A model generated the notes under the pieces. The model was given only the letters and a program-made list of their open reading frames with translations. It ran no database searches and was not told the origin of the DNA. DNA of 64,000 nucleotides from assembly GCA_973895155.1 (NCBI GenBank), contig OZ316895.1:3707659-3771658 (forward strand), given 5' to 3'. Shown here in pieces: positions 61,780 to 64,000 of this stretch (its first letter is position 1; each line of letters opens with the position of its first letter). The DNA is from Marsupella aquatica (taxonomy: Eukaryota > Plantae > Marchantiophyta). The translations under genes were made by a program, and so were the position numbers.

Positions 61780-62200
61780 TTAGTCGAGCAAGGGTTGCCA
61801 ATGAGTCTTAGATTGACAAATTTTGTCAAGTTCCACCTGAGTTTTTGAATTTGTCTGCCTTTCCAATGAGTGTGACAATAAGAAATTTTGATCATGAGTT
61901 CATGAATTCTTTTAGCTTTCCAACATTGAGTCCAACATTGACAAATTTCATATCAGATTTTGTCACGGTACTAAAGAGATCATGAGATTTTCAATCTCTC
62001 TAGCTTTCTAAAGTGTGACATTGAGAGTATTTGTCAAGAATTAGAGAGATCATGAGTGTCTGAATTTCTCTAGCTTTCCAATGAATGTGACATTGAGATA
62101 TTTTATCGAGATAGTACTAAAGAGATCATGAGTTTCTTGATCTTGATCTTTCCAATGAATCAAACATTGACAGATTTCATCAAGTACTAAGGAGATTGAT
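61780..62200. repeat. Degenerate ~60-70-bp tandem repeats
   Basis: Recurrent gagatcatgag...tagctttccaatgaatgtgacattga motif. Confidence 0.6.
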
Positions 62201-62626
62201 TATTATTCTGTTTTACAATGTGGAGTCAAAAGAGTTCTAACTATATACATTTCTATCAATTGGTTATTTTTTAATACTTGCAAACAATTAAAAAATACAA
62301 GCATTTTGATGTAAAACATTGATATATCATTGATGAATGGTAACTTTATTTTACCAAATGACATCTCTTCCTTTGTACTTTGGTTTTTTTACTCTTAATA
62401 TTTACGGCATGGCGCCCCAAAAATTATGTTGCTTTTGCCACAAACACTAATGTGTGCTTTTGTTACTGTCAAAAATAGGATCTGTCCTGTTTGTGGCTGG
62501 TTTTGATGATGTGGCGCAACCTCATGGCAGGGAATTTGTCAAGGACCTCTCATGGGGGTCCGTAATCAAATTTCCGTGATTTCATCATCCTAGGAAGGAG
62601 ACAAACTTTGGTGCTTGCAGCTCAAA

Positions 62627-62806
62627 AGAACAGTAAATGTGTTTTGGGGGATATCCAAAGTTTGGCCATCCAATGATATCCTTCATCTACTGTAGTTTTT
62701 GTGTATTAATTTGTGCTCAATAGAACAGTAAATGTGTTTGGGGGGATATCCAAAGTTTGGCCATCCAATGATATCCTTTCATCTAGTTTTTGTGTATTAA
62801 TTTGTG
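62627..62806. repeat. ~95-bp tandem duplication
   Basis: agaacagtaaatgtgttt...gtgtattaatttgtg at 62627 and 62722. Confidence 0.85.
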
Positions 62807-64000
62807 TATGGCCAAAGGGATATTTGTCCTTCTTCCTACATTAAGGGTTTCACATGCATAACAGAAATACATTATTACTACTACGGTAGTCCTATGATTA
62901 TGTTCTTGATACATACGCTGTTTCATTTCCTTTGGGACGGAAGCTCTTTACTCCACTCTCAAAAATAGTTAGAAAATCTCACAAAACAAAAGGGGTTTAT
63001 GAACCGGTGACATCATTCATGACGTTCTTTCATATGAAGTTCGTTAGATGGAATGGGGGCGGGCGGGGGAGGGGGGAGGCTTCCAAGCTCCAATTGGAAC
63101 AGTAATAATAATGGCGTTTTGTTTTCAAGGTTTTAGACCTTTGGCAGTCGTGGTCCGAAATGCAAGGGCATCCCCTTGTAATGCATTGATCACTCATCAA
63201 CCTTCTGGGTCGTTCTTGGCAAAGTGAGCTCATCGTTTTGGGTGGGTTTTCCCAAAGTGAGCTCATCTGTTTTGGAGCTCTTGCTTTAATTCTGAAAGCC
63301 AGATCGACGCTGCAAAATGATTTTGAACATTGAATACTAGATTATTGATACCTTTGGATTGATCGGGAGTTGAGGGGCACTCCGCTTTATTTTGGGGGCT
63401 GCTCTCCATTCCTATTGACGATGATTCTACCTCATGTGACCCCAGTACCCCACATTTGTTTTTCCCTGAATTATACATTTTGGTGTTTTCTTCTTAAAAT
63501 GTGACCCCACATTTCGTTGCATGCAACTCTCAATGTTATCACAAGTGTCTCCTCAAGCATCATGATTCTGGGTAGGGCCAAGGTTTTTGGATTTTAGAGA
63601 CTCTACGGTAGATAAATTCCTCTTCGTGATCTCAAAGTGGTTTACTCAGGAGCATTACATTTTGTTGTTGCTCAATATGGTTTTAGTACTTTTGCCTTTG
63701 TTGAGACTCTCGAGCTTTTGGCTTTTTGGCTTGTTTTTTCCCCTTTATTGTGTCTCCTTCATTTGGGATCCTGTCCACTTTAGACTCTTTCTATATTTGT
63801 GGTTGATGGATAAATCTCGATTTCTCATGGAGGAAGGAACTCGTTTTCTATGAATTGGAAAGAAAAATCAAAATTTATACAAGAAGGAATAAACAAAGTA
63901 CAATGAAAGGAAAGCAAAATTAGTCCCAAGAGGACAAACACCAAACAAGGAAAAAAGAGGCAAACCCCGGAAACCCAGGAACAAGAAGACTACAAAAAAG

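Overview
Intron-containing eukaryotic DNA from a land plant. The gene set and style suggest a bryophyte or other seedless plant, but that is inference. Four apparently intact spliced genes are present: a GH19 chitinase with a hevein domain (cut by the left edge), an SDN5-like DEDDh exonuclease, a UBC23/UBE2O-type E2 enzyme and a GT61 glycosyltransferase. There is also a truncated class IV HD-ZIP copy. Between them lie MITEs, Helitron-like ends, LINE remnants and local duplications. The standout is a ~7.4 kb Ty3/Gypsy polyprotein on the minus strand (17456-24818) with the order Gag - 2x CCHC - protease - C5 DNA methyltransferase (DNMT3-like motifs) - RT - RNase H - integrase - PHD finger. This retroelement would encode both a cytosine-methylation writer and a histone reader. 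The copy is broken by four in-frame stops, all explicable by C>T at CHG/CG sites, and one frameshift. No LTR pair was found by eye, but a CpG-rich leader with repeated stem-loops lies upstream. All calls are by-eye motif recognition; no searches were run.
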